Shown one piece after another: positions 1 to 12,757 of a stretch of DNA of 64,000 nt. Each line of letters starts with the position of its first letter. Positions within the stretch are counted from its first letter, which is position 1. Made by a program: the position numbers and the translations under genes. Below the pieces are notes generated by a model. That model was not told where the DNA came from. It did no database searches and saw nothing but the letters and a program-made list of their open reading frames with translations. The stretch is from Eledone cirrhosa (taxonomy: Eukaryota): assembly GCA_964016885.1 (NCBI GenBank), contig OZ024747.1, positions 30,256,001 to 30,320,000 of the forward strand, read 5' to 3'.

Positions 1-955
1 TTGGTAAGTTCCAAGGATGTTCAGTATATTGTTTGTAAGTCAAATTCTGCGTGTGGGTAATCCATGAAGTGGTGGTGGTGGTCGGAAGAGGAGAGATGTG
101 GGGTGCGCGCGCAACAGGAAGTGGTCAGCAGTGGGAGTGCTGTGGTCTGTTGGTGCTGGGAGGTGGCCAGAGGGCACAGCAGCAGTCAGTGGAATGGTAG
201 GGGGCGAGGATGGGTAGGTGTGAAAGTTGGAGTGAGGAGGGTGTGTGTGTGTGTGTATTAGTAGGGGTGTTAGTGGGATGAGTGAGTGTGGAGCGAGGGT
301 GTGGGTGGAGTGGGGAGAGAAGGGTGTGTGTGGTTCTATGGAGGGAGTGTGGTGTACTGGTGTGTGTGTAGTTTGATGAAGAGGTGTTCGTGGGTGTTAG
401 TATACGGGAGGTGGGGAGGGGTTGAAAGCAGGTGTGAGTGGGGGTTAGTGGTGGTAGGGTGTGTAGAGTTGGTGGTGTACGAGGGTATGTGGGTACGTGT
501 GCGTGGGGTTGGGGGGTGTTAGTGATGTTAGTTGCGTGTGGGGTGGGTGGTGTAAGTGGGTGCGTGTGTTCGTGTGCTTGGGGTTAGGGGGTGTTAGTGA
601 GGTTAGTTGCGGGGTGGTGGGATGGAGGTGTGGGGGTGAGGGTTAGTGGTGGTAGTAGGGTGTGTGTTTAGTGTGAGCGCGTGTACATATGTGCCGGTGG
701 GTGTGTGCGTGTGATAAGGAGGGGGAGGAGGAGAAGAGGGGAGGGAAGGGATGTTAGTATGTTAGTTGGGGAAGGGTGGTCAGATGAGGGGTGGAGTGAA
801 GGTGTTAGTATTGTTAGTGTGGGGTGGGCGGTGAAAAGGAGGGGTGTGTTAGTGGTGTTAGTGGGGGATAAGTGTGGGGGGAGGGGGCGGTCGAATGCTA
901 AAGGAATAAGGGCGGGGAGTTCAGGCCGGGGGGAGTGTGGGTCTGTAAGATGAAG

Positions 956-957
<2 letters not shown>
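1..957 (-). mobile_element. G/T-skewed low-complexity 3' region of a Neptune-type Penelope-like element, ending in the last GIY-YIG codons
   Basis: Minus-strand translation at ~905-957 gives FILQTHTPPGLNSP, like the PLE endonuclease C-terminal 'L.T..P.GLN' motif. The rest is GGT/GTG-rich on +. Confidence 0.5.

Positions 958-1021
<64 letters not shown>
958..1021. repeat. (CA)n(TA)n compound microsatellite
   Basis: Seen directly. Confidence 0.95.
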
Positions 1022-1025
<4 letters not shown>

Positions 1026-1269
1026 ACATAAAAATACACAAAGAGGAACATTTAAGGAAACGATCAAGATATGAAAACCCCACAAATAACATGAATTAAA
1101 ATTAAGTAACATAAAATACAAGTAGAGAAAAGTAAAGTATAAGTTATAAGTTTGAAAGGTAACAAAACGAAGGTACGGTTGGGATGGGAGGGGGCGCGGG
1201 GGAGTGTGTTTAAAGTTTAATGTCGATTCCGTTGTCTTATGGGATCATCGTTCAGGGGGAAGAACTGGT

Positions 1270-2460
1270 CTCTATGACTTGTAAGTTGCATAGTTTTTGT
1301 GCATGCAATTCGGGCAGTGTTCTGAGAGTCTATTGAGTAAGGGTCCAAAGGAATAGTATTTCGTAACCCTCGGAAATACAAAGGTCACAACAATTATGGC
1401 CTCCTGTGTAAGACCGCGCTCTCTGGAGTAGTTTCCATTTAAGCGTAAAGGGGATGGAGTTCCTTTTTAGGTCCCAGACATGGGCGGCGTGTGTTGTTTG
1501 GTTGAACTTATCCGGGCGTCGAAAAGAATGGGTGTGTGCGTACCAACGGGTCTTAAAGTTGTTGGAGGTCATCCCGATATACGTCTTTCTCTCTTCATCA
1601 GGGAGATGACATCACATTTGTATACAATATCCTTTGTAAGGCATTTATTGCCGAAGGGGCATGCAGCCTTATCGTGGCAGTTGCACAGGACCTCAGTGCC
1701 GAGATGGGTTTCGGAGGTAGTAGACTTATTTAACTTAGTAATATTAATATTGGCTAACTTCCTAGCTAGATTTGGTGTAGTGGAGTAAGAGAGTCTGATT
1801 GTATTCTTATTAAAGATGGTGTAGTACCTATGTTGGGTGGGGAAGTGTTTGTGCAATAGAGTAAAGAAATTTTTTGCTATAGGTGTAGATTCCTCGCGGT
1901 TGAAGGGGGGGGGGGGGTTACCAGCTAATTTGCCTCTTCCTATTCCTCCTGGGTGGGCGTGGGGCTATTCTGAGATAAGAGATCTTATCTTTAAAACCGC
2001 TACGGGCTAGGGTTGTAATAGGGAGCCGCGGCTCTAAACATATCCTCATTGGCGGAGAGGACAGAGATCCTAAGGGAAACACTTTTAACTAAATTATCTG
2101 TGATGTTCTTGGGGTGATTCGAGTTAACGTCTATATATCTAAGAGATTCGTTAGGTTTGTGGTAAGGATAATAAAGGGAGGTTTCTAAATCAAGAGTTAC
2201 ATCTAAGAAGTTGGCTCTAGTTAAACTCGAATCTATAGTTATTCTGAGGCCTAGGTTATTGAAGAAAGCGTTAGGGTTTTTCCGAAACCCATCGGTAGTC
2301 CTGGGGTTTACTTTTATGCAGAGCAAAGAAGCCGTCATCTCGGTATAATACGCCTGTAAGGCCTGTGAAGAGGGTTTTCATCCGGTTAAGGATAACCAGG
2401 CCCACCAGATCACTAATTTCAGCCGAGTCACTAGCACCCATGCTGACATCGAAGGGAATC
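1270..2460 (-). mobile_element. Naiad-type Penelope-like retroelement, decayed RT plus GIY-YIG endonuclease
   Basis: Minus-strand fragments PFDVSMGASDSAEISDLVG, YRDDG, NFLDVTLDL...YYPYHKPN..LRYIDVNSNHP, IRLSYSTTPN, CNCHDKAACPFGNKCL..DIVYKC, FKTRWYAHTHSF and CDLCISE. Several frameshifts. Confidence 0.9.
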
Positions 2461-2921
2461 TCCGATTTTTTTGTTGATCCAGTGGGACAATTAGTAATAG
2501 TATTGGTTAGTATTCAGTTTTGGTTTTAAGTATTTACCGGTTGCGCATTTCTAATGCTTTTCAAAAATAATTTTGAGATAGAGCGCTCGTGATGTTTGCT
2601 CTAATCTGATTAGTTTTGGAAATTCTACCTGTTTTATGTGAAAAAAGTGGCTCCAGATGTATGAAAAATTATTGTGGTCAAAACAATTTTGATTGGTCGG
2701 TAGAGGTCATGGGAATGTTAAAAATTGATTTTGCGCCAAATGTAGGTTTGTCTCGGCTGATTGAGAAGTCACTGAAAAATAAGTCTTTTAAGATAAATAT
2801 GTGTGTGTGTATGTGTAGTAGTAGTAGTAAAGAGGTTCGTTGTTGTGATAATGGTCAGCAGGGATGTGTGTGCGAACCGTAGCCTGCTGACAGGTCAACA
2901 GTTCAGATGCCTATTAAGACA

Positions 2922-3069
<148 letters not shown>

Positions 3070-3099
3070 TCGTGGTAGAGGGATCGGTCAGTAGGAATG

Positions 3100-3341
3100 T
3101 GTCTGTACGCGTGTGGGGGATATTTTAACATATTTTAAGGTGTGGCAACGGATCCTGGAGCAGGGAAGTGAACCGGTGGGGGGAGCGTGGATTGGGGGTA
3201 GGGAGCTGTGGACGAGGAGGGTGCGGAGATTGCGTGCGCGTTTGAAGGAGGGGAGGGGTGGGGAGGGGAAGATGGGGGAAGTGGAGGGGTCGGACTGGAG
3301 GCGTCGGAAGAGGCGGAGGATGGTGCGGTGGAGAGGTAGGG
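3100..3341 (-). mobile_element. Neptune-type Penelope-like element fragment (RT-endonuclease linker)
   Basis: Hand translation of the minus strand: LPLHRTILRLFRRLQSDPSTSPIFPSPPLPSFKRARNLRTLLVHSSLPP...TGSLPCSRIRCHT, the 'F.R..NLR..LV.S...G..PC...RC.T' linker pattern. Confidence 0.75.
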
Positions 3342-3360
3342 TATATACATATATATATAG

Positions 3361-4362
3361 GAGGCAAGCAGTCGAGGCACAATACGTTCAACTGCTCAGG
3401 GAGGCGAGTTACGGATGCACCACCGACATAGCTCTGCTGTCATCACCCATGCGAGTGCCGGTCGAGAAGGGAGTTACGATCTCTCCAAAACTTTTCACCG
3501 CGTGTCTCGAGCAGATCATCAGAAGCATTGACTGGCAAGGCGGTGTCAACATCAACGGCGAGATACTTACCCACCTCCGTTTCGCTGATGACATCGTACT
3601 CATCGCTGAAACCACGGATCAGCTTCAGACCATGCTGACGGAGCTCGACATCAAAAGCTCTGCAGTAGGCCTCAAGATGAACCGCATGAAAACGAAATTC
3701 ATGCGGTCCGACAACGTACCAACAGGTCGAATGGTGGTTGGCGGTGATGAAATAGAGGAGGTGGAGGAATACGTCTATCTGGGACAAGAAGTGAACATGC
3801 ACCGAGACAATGAGAGGGAGATCTCGTGGAGAGTAAGGGCCGTATGGAAGGCGTTCAACGGCATAAGGGATGTGCTCAAGGGGAGTTTGGACAAGACCAC
3901 CCGCGCCAACCTCTTCAATAGCACAGTTTTACCTTCAATGTTATATGGCAGTGAAACTTGGACTACAACGAAGAGAGAAGAGCAGAGGCTGGTAACGGCT
4001 CAAAGAGCCATGGAGAGATCAATGCTAGGAATCTCGTTGAGAGAGCACATCAGGAGCGAAGTCATCAGACAGAAGTCCGGCGTGAGGGACGTCATCACGG
4101 AATATATGCGCAGCAAGTTCAGATGGGCTGAACACGTCGCCCGGTTCACCGATAATCGGTGGACCCGCGCAGTTGCCGAGTGGCACCCGTGCGGGCGGAA
4201 ACGACCACTCGGAAGGCCTCCACGAGGGTGGAGTTACGATTTTAAGAATACGATTAGGAATACATGGATGATGAAAGCACGATCCAGAGAGGAATGGACG
4301 GCGTGCTGTGACAAGCGGCGCTGAATGGACGCCCGACAGACTGCTCGGTCAAGGTGTTCAAC
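3361..4362 (+). mobile_element. RTE-clade LINE, 5'-truncated, RT C-terminal half and 3' end
   Basis: ORF 3113..4324 has ISPKLF, LRFADDIVL, GLKMNRMKTKFM, YVYLGQ, LYGSETW and KRPLGRPP. The RQGD part of GVRQGDTISPKLF is deleted. The first ~80 aa of the ORF are antisense PLE sequence. Confidence 0.92.
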
Positions 4363-4494
4363 TTAAACAATATAAAAATATTTTCTATAGTATTCAGAAG
4401 CTTATTAATCTTTGGTCATATATATATATATATATATATGACCAAAGATTAATAAGCTTCTGAATACTATAGAAAATATTTTTATATTGTTTAA
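4363..4494. repeat. Perfect inverted repeat (~55-bp arms) around a (TA)n tract
   Basis: ttaaacaatataaaaatattttctatagtattcagaagcttattaatctttggtca is mirrored after the TA run. Confidence 0.92.
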
Positions 4495-5077
4495 TTTTGA
4501 TATAATACATTAGTATAATTAGCTCAAACATAACCAAATACATAAGATATTAAAAGTTTCACGGAATTTAATTGGTCGCTTCAATTTTACTTATATAAAT
4601 ATGTATATATCTATATATATGTGTGTGTGTATATGTATGTGTATATATATATATATATATATATTTGGATATATGTGTCTGTATGCGTGTTTGTGTGTAC
4701 TTGTGTATTTACTTATATTTATATATGTATGTGTATATTTGTATGTGTATATTTGTATGTGTATGTATCTATATGTATGTATGTTTATGTATATATGTAT
4801 GTGTATGCACTGTGTATGTATATGTGTGTATATGTATATATATGTGTAAATGTATATATATATGTATATATAAATGTAAGTATGTACACGTGCATACATA
4901 TATGTATACATACGTACAGTAGTATGTATATATACATACATGTACATATATATATGCACGTAGGGGTTTACCGAACATTTATTATAATGCTCGGTTTGTT
5001 TGTAAACAAACAGCCCGAATTACGCCGTACAGTGTTTGGAAACCATCGTCGCATTTTTGTTCGACACTGACACAGGA

Positions 5078-5120
5078 ACGATGTACTAGTTTCAAGCTTA
5101 TTAGCTATCGTCAGCATCGT
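5078..5120 (-). ncRNA. Minimal type I hammerhead ribozyme
   Basis: Minus strand reads ACGATG-CTGACGA-tAGCTaataAGCTt-GAAA-CTAG-TA-CATCGT: 6-bp stem I, intact core and palindromic stem III. Confidence 0.85.
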
Positions 5121-5254
5121 ATACCTTTCTGTCAGATGATTGAACCTTTGAAAGTATATACTTTCCTTATGCATATTAACGGCTGAGCAGCCTAATTTGC
5201 ATATCGAGTGAGTTAGTCGGTAGCAACGTAGATAGCAATAATGATAGCCTTACC

Positions 5255-5690
5255 GTGGGAATTAGAAGGGACCGCGACCGAAATTGCAACTGCCGCGACA
5301 GGGGACGCTGCCCCCTTAGCGGATACTGCTTGACTGATAGGGTTATATATAGGTGCACTGTAACTAGCCACAATAGCGTTAAACATTATATAGGGTCTAC
5401 CTCTGGTCCGTTCAAAATTAGATTTCGTACACATCTCCACTCTTTCACAACTAAGAAATTAAGACAATCCACTTCGCTAGCGGACTACATAACATCATTA
5501 AAAGACTTAAACATCAGCTTCTCCACGCACTGGGAAATTGTCGGCAGGGCTGCACCGTACAACTTCAAGAGGAAGTGCAATCTTTGTCTCGTGGAGCTCT
5601 ACCACATCATAACGGCACCCCACGAGCTCATCAACAGCAGAGCTGAAACGACGATAAGCTGTACACATCGCTTAAAATATCCTTCTTCAG
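5255..5690 (+). mobile_element. Naiad-type Penelope-like element, GIY-YIG endonuclease (5'-truncated), preceded by an inverted terminal segment (~4900-5240)
   Basis: CNCRDRGRCPLSGYCL..RVIYRC...YIGSTSGPFKIRFRTHLHSF...CNLCLVE...CTHR. The upstream non-coding segment recurs at 44.2-45.2 kb. Confidence 0.9.
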
Positions 5691-6258
5691 ATGGGATAAG
5701 GACGAGGAGTGAAACCGTATACCGGGTCTCCCTGCGACAAACTTTAACACCCCGGCGAGCAGGCGATGCAAAAAATATCCGGAAACTAACCATGCATCCC
5801 AGACCCGGCTTCAAATGACTCAGGCGGACAGGTGAAACAAACAAACGTCTGAAAACAAACGTTGCATACCTGACCCTGTGCGTATCGACAATGGTAAGTT
5901 AACGACTAAAAAATTTGTCCGGGAAAGACTGCCCTAACACTGGCCAGAGTTACCTCCCTTGACCTACTGCAAAATCAAAATACGCTTTTTTGCGAAGAAT
6001 GAACTCTGACGTGAACTTATCTCCAAAAACACTTTCCAGGTCATGTAAGGAACACATTTTAGTTATTTATGCCCTTCAGAATCCCATCCGGGCGAAACGT
6101 ACGGAGGTGGTGTTTTAAATAAACATGTTGTAACGGTCTGTTCTCATATTTCTTATTTTTCCACGTACATATATATATATACAGTAGCTTTATGTCATGA
6201 AACCGGGATAAGCACTGGCCAAATGAGCCTTCTGGCTTAAGACAGACTGTAGATTTTA

Positions 6259-6289
<31 letters not shown>

Positions 6290-6379
6290 GTATGTAAAAA
6301 GTAAACAGAAATAACAACACAGTCGGTACAGTATATGAAGGGATATATTAGGTTAACGCTTGCTATAGCAGGAAGAGGG

Positions 6380-6415
6380 ACTTAACGTTTTGGACGCTAG
6401 TCCTTCATCAGAAGT
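6380..6415 (-). ncRNA. Degenerate minimal hammerhead ribozyme 3' of the Neptune-type fragment
   Basis: Minus strand reads ACTT-CTGATGA-A-GGAC-TAGC-GTCC-aAAA-CG-TT-AAGT; GAAA appears mutated to AAAA. Confidence 0.6.
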
Positions 6416-6869
6416 AAGAATGAGAAATAAGATAGATCGAGGGGATGGGCAGGTTGGAATTCGAAAAAATGTCTTTAGATAAAAATAATAGGTCCATTCA
6501 TGTTGACATCTCTTGCTACCTGTTGGTGCTGGCGTTTTGTGTATGATTTATTTTTTAGAAAAGTGGATGATGGAGCGCGTCTACCTGAAATGGAAAAAAA
6601 AACCGTTTTGTAAAAAGAGCTATACTTGTGCACATTCGTAAGCATGTGTGTGTCTGTTATTATACATATGTATGAAGCTAAGAAGAAATGTGTAAGTACA
6701 AAGCTATGAGCAAAAGTATGTTAATATAAGAGTGTATATGTGTGTATACAGAGCAGTGAAGGGAAAAGTGGAGTGTGCATATATAGTCGGCATGTATTAG
6801 TTATAAGAGAAGATATTAATGATCAAGAGAAAGCGATAGGATTCTAGGGGTGTCATAATGGACGGGGTA

Positions 6870-7092
6870 TTAGAGAAATTGGGGAGATGAGTTGAGTCCA
6901 AGTGGGGAATAGGACCCTAGGCAGTGAATCAGACTTTGTTCAGTCCTGGTGCATGAGGCCTGTGATTCATGATGTAAAAGGACACCCAGGACTGAAACAT
7001 GTAGGGAAAAATGACCAGAAGAAAAGAAATGATGGCCGACAGGAGTATCCAAACCGAGTCGTATGTCCCTCAAATGCTCGGCAAAACAGTCT
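6870..7092 (-). mobile_element. Neptune-type Penelope-like GIY-YIG C-terminal fragment
   Basis: FAEHLRDIR...PVGHHF..SGH...EQSLIHCLGSYSPLGLN. Confidence 0.8.
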
Positions 7093-8170
7093 GATCTCTG
7101 ATTAGTTGTGCTATAACTCTTTCTGTGACCTTCATGACTTGGTCAACTAACTTAATGCCTCTATAGTTTACCCTATCTGGAGCATCTCCTTTACCCTTAT
7201 AGCAGTTAACGATGATGCCGGTATACCAGTCCTTTGGTATGACCCCATTCTGCATTACTTGGTTTATTATCCGAGTGACCATAGTATGTCCCACCATTCC
7301 ATATGCTTTCAACATTTCAGCAACTATCTCCGAAGGTACAGCTGCCTTCCCTGTCTTCATATCTTTGATTGTCTTACTTATTATACTACCTTTAACTTGC
7401 ACCGCTGGTCCTTCTATTGGATCGATTTGGAGCAGACTATCTTTTTCCCATTTATTCTCCTCATTTAGTAGTTCCTCGTAGTGACACTTCCAAGCTACCT
7501 CTTATTAGTATCGATGAGGGCAAGTACACCATCATCATTACAGACACACTTCTCCCCGACAATATCACGGTTTTCCTTGACACATTGTCTTGCAATCCTG
7601 AACACCTCACGTCTTTGGTTTTTGCGTTGTAGAACATGCTTGAACTTTCTATCCTCTGCTTCCCTTTTTGCAAAGTACACTTGTCTCCTAGCTTCTCTCC
7701 ATGCCACTTGATAGTCTTCTCTACTTCCCTCATCCCGCCATACTTTCCAAGCCTGCTTTTTGGCCTTGATTGTCTCCTCCACCTTACTGTTCCACCACCA
7801 ATTTACTCTCCTCCTCCCTATCTGCTCCAGCCACAGATCTCATCTGTCACCTTCAGCAGGCTAACTTTCAAGAATTCCCAACAGGAAATAGAACTGGACT
7901 TGACAGCATTTCCACCACTTCTGTGGATTCGCCGGAATTATGGAATTTACACTGCAACTACTACCCACCTACAGATTCAACTTGCTTTTTTCTTTTCAAA
8001 GCAACCAGCCATTTTTTTCCTGGTTCCCTAGCACTTTCGGCAATACATCTGGGGGGCCGACATTTTCACGCCTACCCATCATCTTCTTGCCAGCACTGGT
8101 AAACTACCATAATAGCTTCATCCACAGCTACTGGTACAACACTTACCATTAACATTTAATGCAAGAACAG
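7093..8170 (-). mobile_element. RTE-type LINE ORF2 internal fragment (pre-RT region), frameshifted
   Basis: W*WNSKVEETIKAKKQAWK..., KTGKAA.PSEIVAEMLK, IVNCYKGKGDA.DR.NYRGIKL.DQVMKV.ERVI. Probably the same LINE group as 22025-23600. Confidence 0.85.
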
Positions 8171-9189
8171 CAACTCCGCCCATGTCAGACTTTATCCGTT
8201 TTCTGTTAGACCTTTGGTGGTCACGTATAAACTACAAAACAGCTAGTCATTTGACACAGCGGCTCAACACGGCCCTTAGCGCCTCATTTTTTTTCTTGCA
8301 TGCATCCTTCTGCTCAATTATTTTTTCACTGATGTGCTCTTTCAGCATTTTTTCCTGCTGATTCAATAATCTGTATCGTTTTACGTCTAGAGGTATTGTA
8401 GTGACCTACATTCCGCGGGCTCACATACATTCTCTGTGCGTGATTTGGCTCAGCTCAGCCAATCAACGCCAGTAGAAGAGGATGTATCCCTACGCGCCCT
8501 GAGGGAGAAATTCCCCGCGAGGATTTGAAGAATCTTTCTCTCGCACCCTGAACTTCGAACCAGCAACACGTACAACATGTGACGGTGATATTTTGCACTT
8601 TGGCCTGCCGGCTTTCCTTGGGCCTGGCACAATGGCACATTCCCTTTTGTAACCTCATTTTATGTGTAACTTCAAACATACAAGTTAACAAACATTATTT
8701 GTGCTACAACAAAAATAAACATACATTTCATCTCTAATTTCTGCTGTTGACATCGTTATTATGTTACTCGTGTCTCAATAACTTTTTATATACTATGCTG
8801 CTAAAGTCCGTTTAGCATACTGAAAATCAACCAGGTCTAAACATAAGGAGTAATAGCCGAGGCAGTGGCTTTGCGATAGAGATTGGTAAGAGAACTTACT
8901 ATAAACCGCTGAGTTAACATTGGACCAAATAGCAATGGTTGTGTGAGGTGGTGGTGGGGGTAGTTTTGGGGGGGGGGGGGGCAAATGAGTAACTTTAGGA
9001 GAAGGGTTAGTTTCTAGAAAGGGTTCAACTGATTTAGACATATTATTAAAAATGTGTGAAATAGTAATGATAACAATAGAAAGGTTTGAGTATGAATGAA
9101 AATCTGAGAGAGAAAAAAAGTGATTAGATTCTAAGATAACAGTTTAAGTATTGAAGGCCAAATGGACTACGAAAAAGGGAAAGGCGACA

Positions 9190-9230
<41 letters not shown>

Positions 9231-9860
9231 TATATCCCAACTATAGTTTAAATAGCTTCACCAACCAGAAAATGGCTAAGCGTGGCGAGTATGACTACAC
9301 CCCAGAAGACATGAGCAAAACCAAATAGAAAGTGGTGGAGCTCAACCTGGGAGGAGTTCCTCCAATAGGAATGAGAGAGTCATTGGATTCAATTGGATTG
9401 ACCAATCTCTGGTCATTTGCATTGGGATGCACACATCAATTAATAGGATTAGTAATTGAAAACTTAATAATACTTTACCGTTCTATCTTTCCATTTCTCC
9501 ATTTCTTGCTTTCCTCCCTCGATAAGCTGTCTAATTCTAAAGATGTTTCTTTTAATATAAACATTACATTTACAATTCTGAATTCAAAGAACTGCCATAC
9601 TATAGTGATGTTCTTCAGATGTTCTTTAAGTTGCTGTGCTTACATCAGTGTAGTATAAACGCTGTGGATGCATATTAACATTAAAAATAAAAGCTTTTTA
9701 GATTTATATAGATAATGATTTAGATAATGCTAGACAAAATTCTTCAAGCGCACCATACACAAATACTAACATTCACACACACATACAGACATGTAATGTA
9801 TGTGTGTGTGTATGTCAAATGGATGTTAAATGAAAATTCTGAATGATATATATATAAATG

Positions 9861-9951
<91 letters not shown>

Positions 9952-10914
9952 TTATACATACACTCATTTATATATATGTATATATATATATCATACATAT
10001 ATATCATCGTTTAAACGTCCATCTTCCACACTAGCATGTATATATATATGTATCTATACATATACATTCATATATATACATCATCATTTAACATCCGTTT
10101 CCCTGTTTATGATGACTACATACACACACACACATATATATACATATATGTACACACTTGTATAAGTACATATACATACATACATGTATGCATGTGAGTG
10201 AGTAGGACTTACTTGCATGCATATGTATGTGAGTAAGAGTACATTTAAAAAAAAAATTGAATGGTATGGGGTTGAGGCATTGGTAAAGAAGAAAGAGATG
10301 AATAAAATTCAGATGGCATATAAAAAACTGTGACTGAAAGCTTTAATTCCAATGACTTGTGTGAACATTTGATAGCATATTTGAAATCACTCAGCTGTAT
10401 AATACTCTGAAGTAATTGATTATTCATGGCTAACTACTTTCTCTTTCTCTCTCTCTCACCCTATTTCTTTCTTTCCCTCTATATCACTCTCTCTATATAT
10501 ATCTTGTTCTCAATACCTCTCTCCCTCCCTTTGCCTAATTTATCTCTCATTTTCTCTCTCTCTCATTAAGCCCCCCCCCCCCCCCCCCCCTCACTTACCC
10601 TCCCCCACCCAACCCTCACTGCAGTAGTATCTGTTTTACATTTCATCACTACTAGCATGGCCAATATTACCCCCCTCTAACCATCACCACCATCATCATC
10701 AGTGGATTTGTAGAATAGTTAGAAATATCAGACAAAATTCCTACAGTATTTAGTTACAGTTCTTTAAAAATCTGAGGTCAAATCCTGGATGAGGTCAGAT
10801 TTTAACTTTCCTATTTCTGAGCATGGAAGGGGGCTGGATAAAATATATTACCAGCCAGGTACTAGAGTTGATTGAATATAATGTATTCTAGGTGTGAAGG
10901 GGATTTTAATGGAA

Positions 10915-11252
10915 AGTGATCACCAACACCATCACCAGCACCGTCAGCACCAATACCAGCAACAACACCACCACCTCCAATACCACTGTCACCATCACCA
11001 GCCTAATGCTACCAACAGCTGCAGCAGCACCATCACCATCATCGCCAACACCACAACCACCACTTCCATCAATATTATAACCACCACCATCGCCCTACTT
11101 CCACTACTACTACTACTCTACCACCATCATCAAAACAACAGCAACCATCACTATTATAACCTCCATTACCATTACTATCTCCACCACCATCACCATAACC
11201 ACCATTACCACCACCACAACAACAATAACCATTACAACCTTAACTACCATCA
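10915..11252. repeat. (CAC/CAT/TAC)n trinucleotide low-complexity tract
   Basis: Seen directly; it explains the His/Thr-rich ORF 10894..11277. Confidence 0.85.
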
Positions 11253-12131
11253 TATCAGCACTAATGTTATTGGTTAAGTTTGTAATCTTGTTGAGTGAGT
11301 AACCAGAACTACCTGTACACATTCACATATTCAGCTATTTATTTTAGTAATCTTCTTAATAATTTCACTAAAAGGTTATGTAACCTTTCCTGACTTTATA
11401 TCCTTCCTATACCATCCTACTATTGCTTTCTCAATAGTACATACCTGGACAATGTGTGAGAATGCTTTCCGGTGTGCAGAATCCCACATGCAAGCCACCT
11501 CATGGTCTTAGCAGATAGAATGGTGAAAGTGTTATTTATTCCATAAGAGAGCAAGGGTGGCACATTGAAATAGCCATTCCAACTTGCATGGCTCACTCCT
11601 GTAGTTGGCTGGCCAACTACATCCTAATAGCAGTGAGTAGAGAGGTTGATCAGGAACCAAGAAAATCAGAAGTCTTCAGCACTACAGGTTTAATACTTCA
11701 ACAGCTTGCGATCTTCAGCTTGTTAGACAGTGAAACCTGGGTCTGTCACTTAATGCACAAGGTTGCCGCTGGAGAAAGCGTCACCTTATGTTACACCCCT
11801 GTTGAGGGGCTTACCACTATGGAACAGGAAGATAATGATGCTATGATTTTTTGCTGTTTCCTCGGTCCAATCCCACTGTCACAAGCTGCATTCAAGTCAT
11901 GCTTTATGATCGTAATATATACCTGTACAACGTAATGAGGTAACTTTGTTCTAATCTTTGAATAGTTATGAGTCTTTCCCTGTTTTTACATCCTTTCTAT
12001 TGCAGCATATACCTCCACAAGGTAATGAGGCAACCTTTCTGCAATCTATTTCAATAAACATTCTTCTGTATTTTGTAGTTAGATTTTGACCACAGGTAAT
12101 TTCTGATTGAGTCGCATTATAGTTAAACAAA

Positions 12132-12313
12132 GGGTGGTGGATTGGCAGTATCAGCAGAGGATTGGATGCCATGCTTTTCAGCATAGAGTTACGGCCCTTT
12201 ACGGTCTGAGTTCAAATCCTGCCGAGGTTAACTTTGCTTTTCATCCTTATGGGATCGATAAAAGTAATGCACTGGGATAACTGCTGGCCTTGTACCAAAA
12301 AGTAGAAACAATT
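12132..12313 (+). mobile_element. tRNA-derived SINE, full length
   Basis: Head ggtggtggattggcag (A-box-like), gagttcaaatcc (B-box-like), core ctttgcttttcatccttatgggatcgataaa. Flanked by a duplicated agttaaacaaaggg (12121 and 12317). Confidence 0.85.
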
Positions 12314-12757
12314 ACAGTTAAACAAAGGGCAATGGATTGGCAGAGATCTAACTAACATGTTTGTAACAGAGTGAATTCTGCTAAAGGCAATAAAGGAAGA
12401 TGAGTTGGTGGTGTTAAACTAGGCAACCTATGAAGTCTACCACCCAAGTAGGCCATTGCAGGATTTAAATTCAGAATGCAAAGAGCTAGAACAAATATCA
12501 CAAAGTATATCACTTGATGCTCTATTGCTTTTGTCAATTCCTCATCCTAGACTGGTATTTATTGCATTGACCCCAAGAAGGAAGAAAAGTTAAGTTGATT
12601 TTGGCAGGATTTGAATTCAGAGCGCCAGAACAATTATATCACAAATCAAAGTTAATTTGCTACAATGGTTAGTAACATTAAAATAACTCTCAATGGAATA
12701 TTTGAGGCATCCATGCTGGAATAGTGAACATTACAAAAGTCATATTTTATCATCTGA

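Noticed and set aside
64-953. ORFs in the G/T-rich opening region; possible G-quadruplex array
   Set aside because: Low-complexity retroelement 3' sequence with no coding signal. The G-runs are irregular and I cannot support a function.
3113-3360. N-terminal extension of the 403-aa ORF as a novel RT fusion domain
   Set aside because: It is the antisense strand of a Penelope fragment plus a TA run that happens to be in frame.
9330-9660. Protein-like minus-strand stretch (QQLKEHLKNITIVWQFF...)
   Set aside because: Interrupted by stops, with no recognisable motif or splice pattern. Possibly a decayed retroelement ORF1.
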